DNA of 63,691 nt, the filler included, from Neolecta irregularis DAH-3 (Eukaryota), in the NCBI GenBank assembly GCA_001929475.1. It is 11 parts of 11 records of this genome, joined end to end, with 100 filler letters (N's around TTAATTAATTAA, not from the genome) between each part and the next. Parts side by side here need not be neighbours in the genome. Positions count along the whole stretch, not along the records: positions 24,512 to 37,566 come from LXFE01000367.1; positions 37,667 to 38,700 come from LXFE01000370.1; positions 38,801 to 44,041 come from LXFE01003392.1; 8 more parts are not named here. The stretch is one strand, 5' to 3'. The translations under genes were made by a program, and so were the position numbers. Positions 27,749 through 41,607 of the stretch are shown piece after piece. Below the pieces are notes generated by a model. The model did not search any database. It worked only from the letters and a program-made list of their open reading frames with translations, and was not told the origin of the DNA. Each line of letters opens with the position of its first letter. The stretch's first letter is position 1.

Positions 27749-27984
27749 TCAAGGCACCGAGTAATGAGAGGTCGGAGATTCCAAAGTTGCTTCGAACGCC
27801 CGTTTGCCATATAACCTCCAGAGAATTCGGCTATCGCCCTCTGGTATCAGCGTTTGAGATATCACAGCGTGTCGCTAACCGCCGGGACCTGCCCTAATCC
27901 GAGTACGGAATCCCGCTATCGCCAACTTCGGGCCAGCTAGCTTACGGTCAAAGGTCATCGTCAAACTTCATTTGCTCCAACGCG

Positions 27985-29730
27985 ATGAATCCAAACAGAG
28001 GAATCCATCCTATGCAGTCGCCCTCTTCAAGAGGAAACATCGGCCGCCCTCCAAGCAGTATGCCCGTCTTCTGCAGCTCAATGCCAGGTACTAAGAGCAT
28101 TTTCTAGACAATGCCAACTCGTGGACATTCAGCAACCCTGGCGCGCTTGCTGCTCCTCCTCTAAGTCAAGGCGTTCCCTTGCAGAGCCGGTTAACCCAGA
28201 ATCATTTGTCAAGTACAGCTCAGTTTTTCCAGCAGTCCCCAAACCCACCCCCGGGAATGCAGTCGCAAGGACCATTTGACCAAAATGATTTCCCAGCCTT
28301 GGGAGCTTCAGGGCCAAACAACCAGAATCGAGACCCAAACTCGAACCAGAGTTATGCAGGGATTTCTAGTGTGCAGCAGCAGCAACAGCAGCAACAGCAG
28401 CAAAATTCGTTTCTCCATCTTTCCCCAAATCGTGCACGATCACCTCCCGGTATCGGAGACGGTCAATATGCTTCTTTGAATGCGTCTTTAAATATTACTG
28501 AAAATGATTTCCCAGCTTTGGCATCTCAGTCTGGAAATATGGGCGGCCGACAAACTCCCCATCATCTGCAGCAGCATCAGATACAGCATCATCAAACAAA
28601 TGGTTATCCACTGCCTCTTTCGCCAAATGAAAATGGTCCCAATTCAATGTCGTCGAATTTTGCTCGAGTAAATGGCCAAGAGGAATTGTCACAGCACCAG
28701 AATTCGCTGTTAGGCTCGTTCAGGAATGGCAATCCGCCGCCTCAGCAGTATGATAATCCGAACCACAGCAATGATCCTTTCAGTATGTTTTCATAGGTCG
28801 TCCCCTACTCATTCTCTAGGAAAAGCCAACGACATTGGTGCTCGGCATTCTTCGGCTATGAACAATCTTATCAATGATTTTTCACGGCAAAATATTAATC
28901 ATCAGGGACCTTTGGAACAGGATAGAAAGGTACGTTTTGAATTTCCTGCTAATCCTTATTTTTTTAAGCTATCGTCTGAATCTCCCAACGTTGCGCTCGG
29001 CACAATAGACGGAAGAATGGTGAATATTCCCAATAGTCCGCCACCTTGCAATGATTCCATGACAGAGACGGAAAAATTCGGGCTGAAAGGGATTCTAGGT
29101 GTGATTAAACAGGATAATCCAGAAAGCATGCTTCTTCCACTGGGGAAGGATTTACATCAATACGGCCTTCCTATTCCTGGAAAGTAAGCAATCCCAGTTC
29201 TTGATGCGGATGCTTAGAATTAAAGTGATCGCCCGCTTTGGTCGACATTCTTTTCCCCATGGGGAGAGCCCACAAGAGCTATGGACGAACCATCATTTTC
29301 ATTACCAGGATGCTATAACGTCTCAGTGCCGCCTCCAATGATACCGAAAGTGGCATCATTCGGCGATGATACATTATTCTACATGTTCTACACGTTTCCC
29401 AGAGATGTTTGCCAGGAACTAGCTGCCCAGGAACTGTATACTTTTCATGGCATATACACTGATGTGCAGTTCCAATCGCGGATGGCGATTCCATAAAGAC
29501 CATCGGGTGTGGTTAACAAAAGACGTTGCAAGTGATCCATACATGAAAAACAATCATTATGAGCGTGGACATTATGTGTTTTTCAATCCAGAGACATGGG
29601 AACGACAGAAGCTGGTATGAGACCTGTGATTTATAGTTACCGACTTGTACAGAAGGACTTTGCATTGGTATACGCTGACCTGGAAAATAGGGCTTTTAAT
29701 CCTCTGTTGGGTTTGCCTGCAATACAGTGA
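27985..29730 (+). CDS. NOT2: CCR4-NOT subunit Not2 with a Q/N-rich N-terminus, 7 exons
   Basis: DFPAL repeats, EKFGLKG, LGKDL, F.LPGCYNV, FGDDTLFYMFYTFPRDVCQELAAQEL.NRGWRFHK and ERGHYVFFNPETWER. Confidence 0.88.
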
Positions 29731-29910
29731 TTGTGACCACTTTATTTGTACTTTGCGAGTATTTTCCAAGGGATGAATGTAGATGTACTTTTTTTCTTTT
29801 GGGCGGGACAAATACATCTTCAGGTCTTGAAAATTTCCAGACTTTCCTCAGTAGCCGGAAGTTGTTATTCCTATTGCTACCCAATGCCGGAGAATATCCA
29901 GTGATTTAAC

Positions 29911-30860
29911 ATGTCGTCCGACATTTCACCTGTAAAGAGACTGGGAATCGACGTCTTTTCGGCGATTTGTGCGGGAAGTCTGGTGCGTTGATTTAATTCA
30001 GGTTTGTTGACGATATAAAAGGTAGCCCCTTTCGTCGCTATGGTAGATCGGCATGAATTTTTCTCTTAACGGAAGATGCTTACGTGTTTTAGGAGTATAA
30101 TAGAAAATGCGAGTGGAAAAAAAAGAATATTTCAGTCTTTGAAACATTCGATTTTAACGATGATTACGAAACCTACTCATTTCTTTTTCTCTCCTGCATA
30201 CAGACTTGTCTTTGTATGTGTACTACGACTAGGTAGATACTAAGATCTGTTAGATGGTGTATTCGTGTACTTATTTTAGTGCAAATTTGGTCGACACAAC
30301 AAGCAATATCGTCTCGAAAAATCCGGATTTAAAACACCAGAGCAACGGAGTCGAAAAGTTTCTCGCCACGTCGAGGTATTTGAATATTGTTCCATCAAAC
30401 ATACTAAGGATACAAGCACCAATATGATACTCGGGGTCTACAAGGATTGTCGTCTAACCAGATGTTTTGGGCAAGGTGTTCCCCGTCGTTTGCCTCTTCC
30501 ATCTTACGCTCTCTTTGTCGCTCGAGACGCACTAACAATTGCTGCGTCATTCAATCTTCCACCACTCCTAGCAACTTATTTCCCCGGAGGTGTAAACACG
30601 GCCCAGCTTGTTTCTCCTTGCGCACTACAGTTTGTTAGCACCCCATTGCATTTATTGGGCCTTGATTTATATAATCGAGAAAAAAAGAACTGGAGAGATC
30701 GATTTGAACAAATTAGAAGAGAATATTTGAGAAGTTCGTTGGCACGCATTGGAAGGATTTTACCGGCGTTTGGTGCATGAAATTGAAGTCTAAATACTGA
30801 TACGCTTTAGGGTTTGGTGGCATCACTAACAGGCATCTCCGTAATTGGTGTTTAGAGTGA
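29911..30860 (+). CDS. Conserved fungal membrane protein, probably mitochondrial (resembles S. pombe C365.16-type proteins), 6 exons
   Basis: LVAPFVAMVDRSIIENASG, YALFVARDALTIAASFNLPP, QFVSTPLHLLGLDLYNR and ARIGRILPAFGFGG. Confidence 0.75.
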
Positions 30861-31359
30861 TATGCACCTTGTTACATTATAACGGGGGAGTTTGATAATC
30901 AAGTTGCTTTCGTTCAATCTCTTTTTGATTATGTTGATTTGTAATAGATCTTTTTAGGTTATTTTCTAATTCATGTTATCCGCGTATGATGTCACGATGG
31001 TTGACGGGATTAACAATTTTATGCAGTGAACTGAAATATGTAATAGCCCACAATTCACACTTATGTGCTCTGTACTCGCTTGGTCTTGTTATACAAGTCC
31101 GGGGTTTTTGATGACGAGCGGGAGTTGTTTCACTTTGGGATTTGAAAACCGGCGATCCAAGGAATAGTCTCAGCGAGACTCTGCTTGAATGGTGCCAGGA
31201 TTTAACAATTGGGGTTTCTAGAATATACTGGCCACGGATGTCAAAATCTGTAAGTAGTGTTCTATTTGAGACATCTTCGGAGACGTCATTAGTCCACTTT
31301 CACTCTGGACTCGAACCTGTCCGCTAACCATCATCCATACATATTATTCTTTAGCTGCC

Positions 31360-31856
31360 ATGGCCAGGATCCGCTCCACCGCCGGGAACTTTGAAGATAT
31401 CCGCTCGGAAATCAGCAACTCAGCTTCGATTAAGGGTCTTACCGCAGCCGAAAGGAAAGCCGCTGCAACATCATCAGCGAAGAACCTGGTTGCCCCAGAT
31501 ATCCCAGCTGTAATCTTCGTCCTACCGCCGTTCTAACTTGTTCCAGTTCGATGTTATATCGCTGCCTCCCGTGTCTATTCGCAAATACAGAGCGGCATAT
31601 AAACTTCCCGGTTCGTCAACAACTCCCTCTTCATCCGCCTCTTCATTGAATGGAATCCAGAAACGCTCGAGTGTAGGGATGCGTGCTTGTGCGGGCAATG
31701 CCCTTCAGAAACATTTCGACTCAATGCATATTCCTAAAGAGCATGAAATCGCTGCACGGTTTTTATATCGCGTGAAAACTCAAGGTCACCTACTTCATTA
31801 CATTGCTCGGCTAATGGCTAGATCGAGAACTCAGAGTTCGTTTTGGCCCGTCATGA
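31360..31856 (+). CDS. SAP30 Sin3-binding-domain protein, 3 exons
   Basis: SLPPVSIRKYRAAYKL and LQKHFDSMHIPKEHEIAARFLYRVKTQDRELRVRF. Confidence 0.72.
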
Positions 31857-32109
31857 TCTTTCCCTTCAATGGTAACACGAAAGCGGTCTTTTTTTCATTA
31901 GAGGATACGGGCGTTATTCTCTTTTTGGGAACATTTATCTATACACGGCTATTTAATTTTCAATGGAGGTTCTCTTTTGTTGTGTTACGAGATAGGCTAA
32001 GTTAATTTGGAGAAGATTTGTGATGGGGGACTCGGATTTAAGTTTCTCAGTCCTAATTGAATTGTATGAGAGTGAATATCAATATCAAAACTCCAAGACT
32101 ACTTCATCT

Positions 32110-33891
32110 CTATACTCCGCTACCGCTGGCCTTTTCCAATATTTCATCGTCGTTATCAGAGTGCCTTAACTTCCTAAAGGCGCGTTTTAGGAATCCGCTG
32201 CCGCAGTCCCCATCCTCACGCGCAGTTGAATCAGGCGGGCTATATGTTCTACTTGTAAGTCCAGTCAACTCGAGAAAACGTACGGTGATGATCGCTTTGC
32301 GTTCTTATCGCCAATGGAATCGGCGAGTTGCTCCAACAGCAATTGCTCATAGGGAGACCATGATCTTGGGGATATTAGCATTCGATTTCCATAAAAGAGC
32401 GCACTTTGGAAATTGAATTTGGAACTCAACTTTCATATCCCCTGGATTCTGCAGTCGGGACTTTTGAAGTTTTGGAATTCCTTTCCCAGGCAGGATCAGG
32501 GTATCTCCAGGTGACACTCCTTGGGGCACCTTCACGTCGACTTCTCCCTCTAATGTTGGTATGGAAATCTGACCTCCAAGTGCGGCTGTGGTCATCGGCA
32601 CTTTGGCCGTATATAGAATATTGAAGCCTTTCCGCTTGAAGAATGGGTGCTCTTGCACACGAATATGAACATATAGATCGCCTTTTTGCCTTCGCTGGGA
32701 TCCTCTATCGGAGGGTGGAGTGTCTCCTTCTCCAGTAACTCTGAGTTTCATTCCATCCTCGACACCTGTATTATTAGAAATGGCTCCCAACAGTATATAC
32801 TACCAGCGGGAATATCAATAGTCACCGTCTTTGACTCTCTTAGGATACCCTCTCCTCCACAACTACTGCACTCCGAACTTTTAGGAATAGAAATTCCAGA
32901 ACCATCGCAAGATTCACATTTCGAAGCCATTTGGAAACCGCCTTGCATGATATGAACACGATGGCCACTCCCACCGCATCGTTTGCACGACGCTCTTTTA
33001 GCGCCTGATTTAAGGCCTGACCCCGAACAAGTTTTACAAGTGGTCAAGGGTTTGATATGAACCGATCTCTTGACCCCTTTGGCGGCATCTATGAAGGAGA
33101 TAGAGATGGGGGCCTACAATTAGTGTATGTCAGAGAATATATCATACATCAATATCCTCTCCAACCATGGTTTGTTGCCCGAATCCACCGAACGACGAAC
33201 TCTGCCCATGCCCATTCGCAAATCCAAACAAGTCGCCAAGATCAATATTCGTAAAGCCCGGGAATCCAGTAAATGATCCAGATTCTCCTTGAGCACCTGC
33301 GCCCCCAAAACCTTGATCAAACGCCACTGAACCCAGTTGATCGTATTGCGTTCTCTTTTGAGGATCTGATAGAATCTAAGATATGACTTCTAGACTAGAA
33401 AAACGACCGGGTATATTACCTCATAAGCGTGTTGTACTTCTTGAAACTTTTCTCGGGCGTTGGATTCTTTGTTGGAATCGGGGTGATATTTCTTCGCTAA
33501 CTAGATCATTAATTTTCTAATATCATTGGTCAAAGTCGTACCGAATAATAAGCAATTTTGATATCTTTGGCGTCTGCGTCTTTGGAGACCCCAAGGACTG
33601 TATACGGATTCTTTGCGCGTTCATTTTGGCTAGCACAAGCATGAAATTTTGATTTCAGAATAGTTAGTATCTCTTTTGTATTTCAAGAAAGCGTACATGA
33701 TGTGATATCCTGGGTCTAACCATCGGCCTAACCCCCACATTAAGATAAAACGTGGCGGACGTTGTGGGATTTCTCGTCGATGTGTTGAATCTACGGTGAT
33801 GCAGATTCAAATTCTTCTCAGCATCGTAAAGGCAGCGGATCGGATTATGACGGTATTTCATCAATGGTTCAAATGCTCTGGCACTGGCCAT
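32110..33891 (-). CDS. MDJ1: Mitochondrial type I DnaJ chaperone, multi-exon
   Basis: [18 protein letters not shown] region, CxxCxGxG repeats, [20 protein letters not shown] and [13 protein letters not shown]. Confidence 0.9.
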
Positions 33892-34068
33892 GTGCGAAAC
33901 CTATGTTATATTCAAGGGCTGCTGAGTGATTGTATGTTGTGGAATCAGGTGGAAGAAAATGCGATATTTTTCAGGAAGTCTCGAATGATGAACTCTGAAT
34001 GTGGTAAGAGGGCTGATTAATCCCAAGCCGCGTCTCGTTGGTAGCCTGTCTCAACCTCCATCGCAGTT

Positions 34069-34707
34069 ATGAGTGAAGGAGCTATTCTGCTTCTCGTCAT
34101 CCTAGCGCTTTTCGTCGGGTATTCTTATTTTGGCAGCGGGAACAGCTCTACAGCTTCTGGAAATGCTTCGCACGGGTCTTTGAGAGGATCCCGGAGGGTG
34201 ACGAAAGATATGATTGAGGTGTGTTTTTGAAGGCACTGTAGATGACGCATATCAGGTAGTCCAGTCTATGTTTCCTACCATCTCGGAACGGTCCATCGCT
34301 TATGATCTGAGCAAGACTGGGTCTGTAGAAGCCACGACTGAGAAACTATTGACAAGTAACACATTGCCGGTATGTCATGACCTCTGTAGCATCTAATTTT
34401 CCAGGAACCTCCAGCGACCTATGTATATATGTTTGCTCCGTCGCAACCAGTCCAGCAGCCTTCAGGGAGAGCATCATCAGCACAAAAGGGACACTCCTAC
34501 CCCGACTTGATTACGAGGTTTCATTTGAACGACAAGGTTAAATCCGGTCTTTATACAAAGCCGGAACCCTTGGGGATTCAATGGAGTGATTCAAAGGCGG
34601 AAAGAGAAGCAATGTTTAAACGAAAACGCGAGCAATTTATCTTACAAGGCCTGAAAAATCAGAAATCGTTTGAGAAGACAAAACTTTCTGCGGCATCACA
34701 TGAATAG
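34069..34707 (+). CDS. Membrane-anchored CUE protein (Cue1/Cue4-like), 3 exons
   Basis: N-terminal TM helix, MIEVVQSMFPTISERSIAYDLSKTGSVEATTEKLL, DLITRFHL and WSDSKAERE. Confidence 0.8.
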
Positions 34708-34817
34708 AGATGACACCTGGTACGGCGTTTACTATGATGTTTCTTCAATTTATCATTGTAGGTAGGAGAAAATAGAAATTATCAACATATTAAACTGTAA
34801 TATCACTTCAAGGATTA

Positions 34818-37566
34818 TTACTGCATAACAACGCTGGTCCCGTCCATAAACCTGGTTCGGTATATTCGATTTGCGTTTGAGAACATGCCTTCTTTCAAGC
34901 TTACAACGATAAACTGGGAGCTGCGGCAATTAGTTGTTTTAAGTGAACCCATAGGCTTACCCTTTAAATCTAGTCTTAATCAAGCGTCCGATATTTTGGG
35001 TATGACTTAAATCTAACGCAGCGTCAACTTCATCAAGAATGTACATTGGTGCTGGCTTGAACTGCAAGAGCGACATAATTAATGCTAATGCGATCAGAGA
35101 CCTGTTATTAGCATGCTATTTCATTAGAAAGTAGCATACCGTTGACCTCCACTCAGTTCAGTCAAACTTTGTTTCCAAACTTTCCCAAGACATACTCTGA
35201 CTTCCAGTCCATCTGAGATATTCTTCCCTTCGGGCGCCTCTAATTTTGCAAAATTTCCAGGTAATAATTCTGCAAATATTTGTCCAAAATCACCATTAAC
35301 TTTCTCCCAAGTCCGTTGCAAGGCTTCTTTTTTATATTCATCGAGCGTAGATATTGTCTCCTCGATTTTCCGTTTATCGCGTCGGACAGTTTTAAGCATT
35401 GTCTTCAAGCTGGATTCTTTCTTTTCGACGCTGTCGATCATGTTCATTACTTTTGCATTAACTTTCTTCTGCAAGCCTTTGAAACGTTCTGTCAATGATT
35501 TTAAGTTATTTTTACATTCAGAAATGTTTTGATTCGCAAAATAATACGGCGTCCCTTGTCGACCAAAGTTGCTATTCCGTAAGACTTGAATACTATTTAA
35601 TTTCGGGAACTTACCTCTTCTCATCACCGATCCACTCGTGCTCGCGTTCCATTTGGACTAATAGACTCTCCACGCCTTGAAGTTCTTTATGGAATTTCTC
35701 GACCTCATGGCGAAGTTTCTGTAACTCTAATCCACTCTCCGTGATTTCAGAATTCTTCTGCCGTGAGGCTTCTTCAAGACTCTTCAACTCATCGTCAAAA
35801 CTGATCATTTTAGCTCGCTCGCTTTCCATTTCAGCGTTGATGAAATCATATTGGTCCTTGATCTTTGAATGGTCTTTATGTAGTGACTGGAGCTCTGATT
35901 GTTGGATTTGTAGTGTACTATTTGCGTCGTCGAGTTGTTCTTGAGCCGCTCCAAGGTCGGCTCCTAATTGTTCTGCATCATGAGTTAGATATCACCAGAA
36001 ATCAATGATACCAGCTTCCAGTTGTATTGTCTGGAATTCTCTCTTGCAATCTTTAACATTTGTACTTTGTTTCAAGATTGAAGCCTTGAGATCATCAAGT
36101 TCTTTCTGGAAATGTTAGAAATTTGTCGATTGCGCAACACACCTGGAGTTCCTTTAGTTTTCCATCCTTATTGTTCTTGAACTCGTTCATGTCCTTCTCA
36201 ATCTTTCTGACATCTTTTGAAGCGTCATCTCCTTTATTCTTTGCTTCAATCATTACCAGTTTCAATTCCCCAATCCGTTTTTTCATGTCTTCAACTTCAT
36301 GAATCAACTAGACCAGTGAGCATTCTCATCGCGATCTACATGCCTTTGAATGCGAATTACTGTTGATCTGTTCCTCGGTAAGCCTTAACTCGTGTCTCTT
36401 CAAGTCCAATTGTTTTTTCAGCGTTTTGGCTTCCGTATTCTTCTCTTGATCCATGTTCATCTGCCGCTCGATAGCATCAAACTCCCTCTTATAAATATTT
36501 ATTTCACGGGTGACTTTGTTTAATTTTTGAAGATGAACTAATAGTCCAGAAGTGCTGACACTGCTGCCACCACTTAACGTACCCGAAGGGTCATAAACAT
36601 CCCCTTCCAGCGTGACACTTTTCAATCGGACAGATGGATTGAATGTTACAGTTTTGGCGGTATCGGCGTCTGCACAAATTAATGTCGAACCAAAGACATA
36701 TTCCATTGCGGCGGAGACTTCACTGTCATATCCTACAAGAGATAACGCAAGGTCGACTTTTCCAGGGGCGAGTTGGTGAGCTGAATCGATTTTCTTTCAT
36801 AGTCAGCATTTTAAGAAGCAATAGGTACCTCTGCTGAAGCGCGAAAGGCGGAAATCCGGTTGAGTGGAATGATAGTTACTCGTTTCCTAAGTTTTCCTTT
36901 CTCAAGGAGTTGAGTTCCTATCACTTCGTTTTCGACGACAACCTATAGTTTTAGTTTTGCTATGAGAAAAATTGCACATTATACAATCTACCACCTGCAC
37001 ATATTTCAAGAGCAGTAGCAGCTTTGAACTTTTCCTGATCCAAAGAGAATAACTGAGCAACGAGACCTTTGACTTTACTCCGATCGAAGTTTGGCGTTGG
37101 ATCCGAATACACAAAGTCAATATTTGCCGCTTTGCGACTAAGATTATCCGCATTCTAACCAATTAACCAAATTTTGATGGAAAAATGGTGCCTCATGCAG
37201 TTCATTGATCATTGCTTGTAATTCGGCTTTCCTAGAAAGATTCGCCTGTTCAGTATCTTCGTTCCAATCAAGATTCTGTAATTCATTTTCCAACCTTGTA
37301 CCCTCAATTCTATGGCTTTCTAATTCTTTCAGCGCGGACATATTCTGATCACGGGCTTTTTTGGCTCGTGGTTCATCGGTTTTAATCTGTTTTTCTAGAT
37401 GCGAGATCTTCAATTTCGCTTGTTCCGATTCCGTTTGGGCATTGGAGATTCGTGTTTTGGCATCTTGCAATTGATCCATGTAGCCAGCATCGTGTCCTTC
37501 CTTTGCAGCCACTCCAGTAATTAGAGTTTGCAATAACTCTTCTTTCGACGATACTTGCTGTTGTTG
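34818..37566 (-). CDS. SMC2: Condensin subunit Smc2/Cut14; 5' part lies in the gap
   Basis: Hinge [63 protein letters not shown] and [12 protein letters not shown]. Confidence 0.95.
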
Positions 37567-37666
37567 NNNNNNNNNNNNNNNNNNNNNNNNNNNNNNNNNN
37601 NNNNNNNNNNTTAATTAATTAANNNNNNNNNNNNNNNNNNNNNNNNNNNNNNNNNNNNNNNNNNNN

Positions 37667-38639
37667 GCATGTCTTTATTGAGTTAAGAAACTGGATGATA
37701 GAGCATGGAGTACTAAAGCAGCAGAAGAGTATAAGCATTGATGAGCAACTTGGGATCTTCTTGATGATTGTTGGCCATGCAGATTCCAATCAAGATGTGC
37801 AGGAGAGATTCCAGTGTAGTGGATCAACTGTTTCGAAATATTTCCTTGAGGTTCTCAATGGCCTTTCCCAGCTATATCTCGAAGTTGTCAATCTACCTAA
37901 TCCCTCTATCATGCCACCAGAGATTCACAGCAATCCAAAATTTTATCCATATTTTCAAAACTGCATTGGGGCTGCAGATGGAACTCATATCCTGGCAAAG
38001 GTGCCTTCAAATGATTTTATAAGTTGTTTCTGCAATTGAAATGACACGCTTTCTCAAAATGTCCTTGGCATTTGCCAGTTTAATTTGCAGTTCTGTTATA
38101 TCTTAGCAGGCTGGGAAGGTTCTGCTCATGATGGGAGAGTTTTGCAATATGCACTCTCTCAAGATGGCAGATTGGTTGTTCCAGATGGCAAATATTATCT
38201 GGTTGATGCAGGTTATGCTATGAAGAAAGGATTCCTTCCTCCCTATAGGGGTATACGATACCATCTACGGGAGCAGATTTTGGCTGCTCAACGACCAAAC
38301 ACCAAAGAAGAGTTATTTAACTTACGACATTCACAACTTCGAAATGCAGTTGAAAGAATTTTTGGTATACTCAAGAAACGGTTTTCTATTCTCAAGATCC
38401 AAATGGAGTATCCATTCCATGTTCAAGCACAAATTGTTCAAGCTTTGGCAGCCTTGCACAATTTTATTACTATACATTCAGTTGATGATGAACTTGAAGA
38501 TTGGGAGGAGGCACATACTCAGGATATGGGAAATGTTGTTCCAATGAATAATAGCACTGAGGATGATCCACAAATGGCTAGGCTTAGGGACGAAATTGCA
38601 TTACAAATGTGGGAGGATTATCAAAGATATACACAATAA
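37667..38639 (+). mobile_element. PIF/Harbinger (DDE_Tnp_4/HARBI1-like) transposase remnant with a premature stop at 38037-38039
   Basis: CIGAADGTHI, SQNVL, LAGWEGSAHDGRVL, YYLVDAGY, FNLRHSQLRNAVERIFGILKKRF and ALHNFI; intronless and flanked by gaps. Confidence 0.92.
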
Positions 38640-38800
38640 TATTTTCAATACCTTAATGTAATACAAATTTGTTTATAAATGGGATGTGGAATAAGAGACC
38701 NNNNNNNNNNNNNNNNNNNNNNNNNNNNNNNNNNNNNNNNNNNNTTAATTAATTAANNNNNNNNNNNNNNNNNNNNNNNNNNNNNNNNNNNNNNNNNNNN

Positions 38801-41607
38801 TGATTCTTTTATCTGCAACGGTCCCAAATACTCTCGAGTTCGCCAGTTGGGTTGGCCGAACGAAAAAGAAAGATATATATGTAATTTCCACACTAAAAAG
38901 GCCGGTCCCGCTGGAATATTTTCTTTGGGTAAACAAGTCGCTGGTCAAGATCGTTGACTCCAATATGAATTTCCTGACGCAAGGGTGACCACTTATCTTT
39001 GGATCCAAGAAAACTAATAATTATAGTTACAAGGAAGCAACCCTTTTAATAAAAAAGCCCAAGGTAACCAAACCTTCTAACGATGCACGAGGTAGAGGTC
39101 AAAAGCATCAATCAACGAATCATCTTGGAAGAGCAAATATTCGGTCACAAACGGACAAATATGTGTTTGTGCATCTGGTAGATTATTTGAAGAAGCAAAA
39201 TCTTCTTCCCGTGGTTGTCTTTGTGTTTTCAAAAAAGCGATGTGAAGAATATGCCAGCACGCTTTCGAACATTGATCTCTCCATCCACTCTGAGAAATCC
39301 GAGATACACATAGCTATTGAGAAGGCAGTAGCTCGTTTAAGGGTTGAAGATCGCCTTCTGCCTCAGATTGCTCGCATGCGAGATTTTCTCGGTCGAGGAA
39401 TTGCTGTCCATCATGGTGGTCTGTTGCCAATCGTCAAAGAAGTAACATCCTCTTCCAAACCATAAACTCATACTAGATTGTAGAGCTGTTGTTTGCCCGC
39501 GGACTGGTCAAAATACTCTTCGCTACAGAAACTTTTGCAATGGTTTCTTCCCTTTTTTTTTAAACGTGTTCAATTATCAGGGTGTCAACATGCCCGCTAA
39601 ATCAGTGGTCTTCTCTAGCATGCGAAAACACGATGGTCAAAGCCTCCGTGACTTACTTCCTGGAGAAATGACGCAAATGGCAGGAAGAGCAGGGCGGCGA
39701 GGACTCGATGTCACTGGCACTGTTATTATTCTTTCTGGACCTGACGAATTACCAAGCGTAACAAAAGTTTCACAACTCCTTATGACATTGTAGTCGACTA
39801 TGTTGTCATCTATTATCCTTGGAAAACCGTCCAAGCTGGAAAGCCAGTTCCGACTGACTTACAATATGATTTTGAATCTCTTACGGGTAGAGACTTTGAA
39901 AATCGAAGAAATGATAAAACGAAGTTTTAGCGAAAATGCAACGCAGTCATTGTTTCCAGAGCAACAGCAGTTAATTACTCACTCTGAAAATTCCTTAGCA
40001 TCGCTCTCTGTTCCAGAATGTGATATCTGCAAGCAGGACCTTTCGGATTGTTATTCCTTAATTATCAAGGCTGCCAAACTACGATGTGCAAGACATACAA
40101 AGGCTATAACGCTTCCGCTTGGCCACCGAATTCTAGCTCCTGGAAGATTTTGCACAATTCGCGAGGATGCATGGTTTCATTTTTGAATAGCTCTGATTAC
40201 CTAGTCCTCGTCGATATACTTGGCAGTGTTACTTAGCGATTTCAGGCATATGGGCCAAGTCCTTCCAACGTGCAAGGGTCTACGGTTTTCACAGAGTTTA
40301 AAAGGCAATCCCAGAAATTGTTTCTGTTTTAACAGACAGTTGGTTCACTGCCATATCTCGGTCCACTTTGCAACTTTTTCCCCCAGTTTTCCTTATTGGA
40401 CAAACCAAATCCATGTCTCTTTAGTATCGATCAAGTCGAATCTATCACCGATTGCGCTTTAAAGGTACTCTTTCCTTCTTTTCTGCTTTTGATATGCAGA
40501 TCAAATCCCCAGAAATCTTGAGCGGTAATGTTGAAAGTCTGCAGAAACTGCAAGATTCTTTTCAGGACTTGTGGCAGCATAACCCTGCTTTTGTCAAAAG
40601 CGAAACGAGCTGGCTCAAGAGCAAGGACGTCGAATTACAAGAGCTCGTGGCAAAATATGAGGGAGCTTTAGTCGGTATCGAAAAAAGTCATTGCATCAAG
40701 TGCCCCAAGTTTTCTTCGCACGTATGAATCTATCTGGGAGTATTGCTTATAAAAGTTTGCGGCATTACATCAAATCGAGACTGTGAGACTGCAAATTCAC
40801 GATTTGAGGCAAACTATGTCAGATCAAAACCTCGAATTGATGCCCGACTACCAACAGCGACTCGCCGTCCTCAGAGATCTTGAGTTCATAAATGAGGACG
40901 CGAACGTACTTTTAAAAGGCCGAGTAGCATGTGAAGTGTGTCTACAATATCCTGTACATGCTGAATATTTTCGCAGATTAATTCTGCGAATTCTTTGGTC
41001 ATCACAGAGTTGGTTTTGGAAAATTTGTTGGTGTCGTTTGAACCAGAGGAAATAGCGGCTTTGCTTTCAGCTTTTGTCTTTGATGAGAAATCCGAGATTG
41101 AGCAGAGTATTTCAGCCCACTTAGAATCGGTATATACTCCAACTTCGCTACTGATTGTCGCAGGGAAAGGAACAAATTTTGAGGATCGCTGAACATGTTC
41201 AAGATATAGAACTAAAACGTCAAGTATCTTCTCTTAATGAAGCCAACATTCTTGGCAATATTCCACGGTTCAGTCTCATGGAAATCGTGTATGAATGGGC
41301 TCGCGGAATGGCATATTCTTTCTCAAATGCGATAGCTGATGAGTGCAGAGTTTCAAACAAATCACGGAGCTCTGCGATAAATCGGAAATATATGGTGTTT
41401 CATTTGAGGGAAGTATAGTGCGCACGATCACAAGACTTTATGATCTTTGCAGAGAAGTCAGAAATGCTAGTAGAATTATTGGAGATACAGCATTATACGA
41501 TAAGCTCGAAACTGTATGTCCTTTGTTCATGGAATAGATTTAACTAGCGCAAGACCATGTCGATGCTGAAGAGGGACATAGTTTTTGCGCCATCTTTGTA
41601 TTTTTAA
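38801..41607 (+). CDS. SKI2: Ski2 DExH RNA helicase; 5' part lies in the gap
   Basis: [76 protein letters not shown] and [11 protein letters not shown]. Confidence 0.93.

Noticed and set aside
30980-31330. Possible box C/D snoRNA (ATGATG...CTGA) in the intergenic region
   Set aside because: The boxes are imperfect or too close, and I recognise no rRNA-complementary guide or terminal stem.
40305-40339. Additional GC donor (gcaatc) in Ski2
   Set aside because: A GT donor 9 nt upstream has the same phase, so GC is not required.
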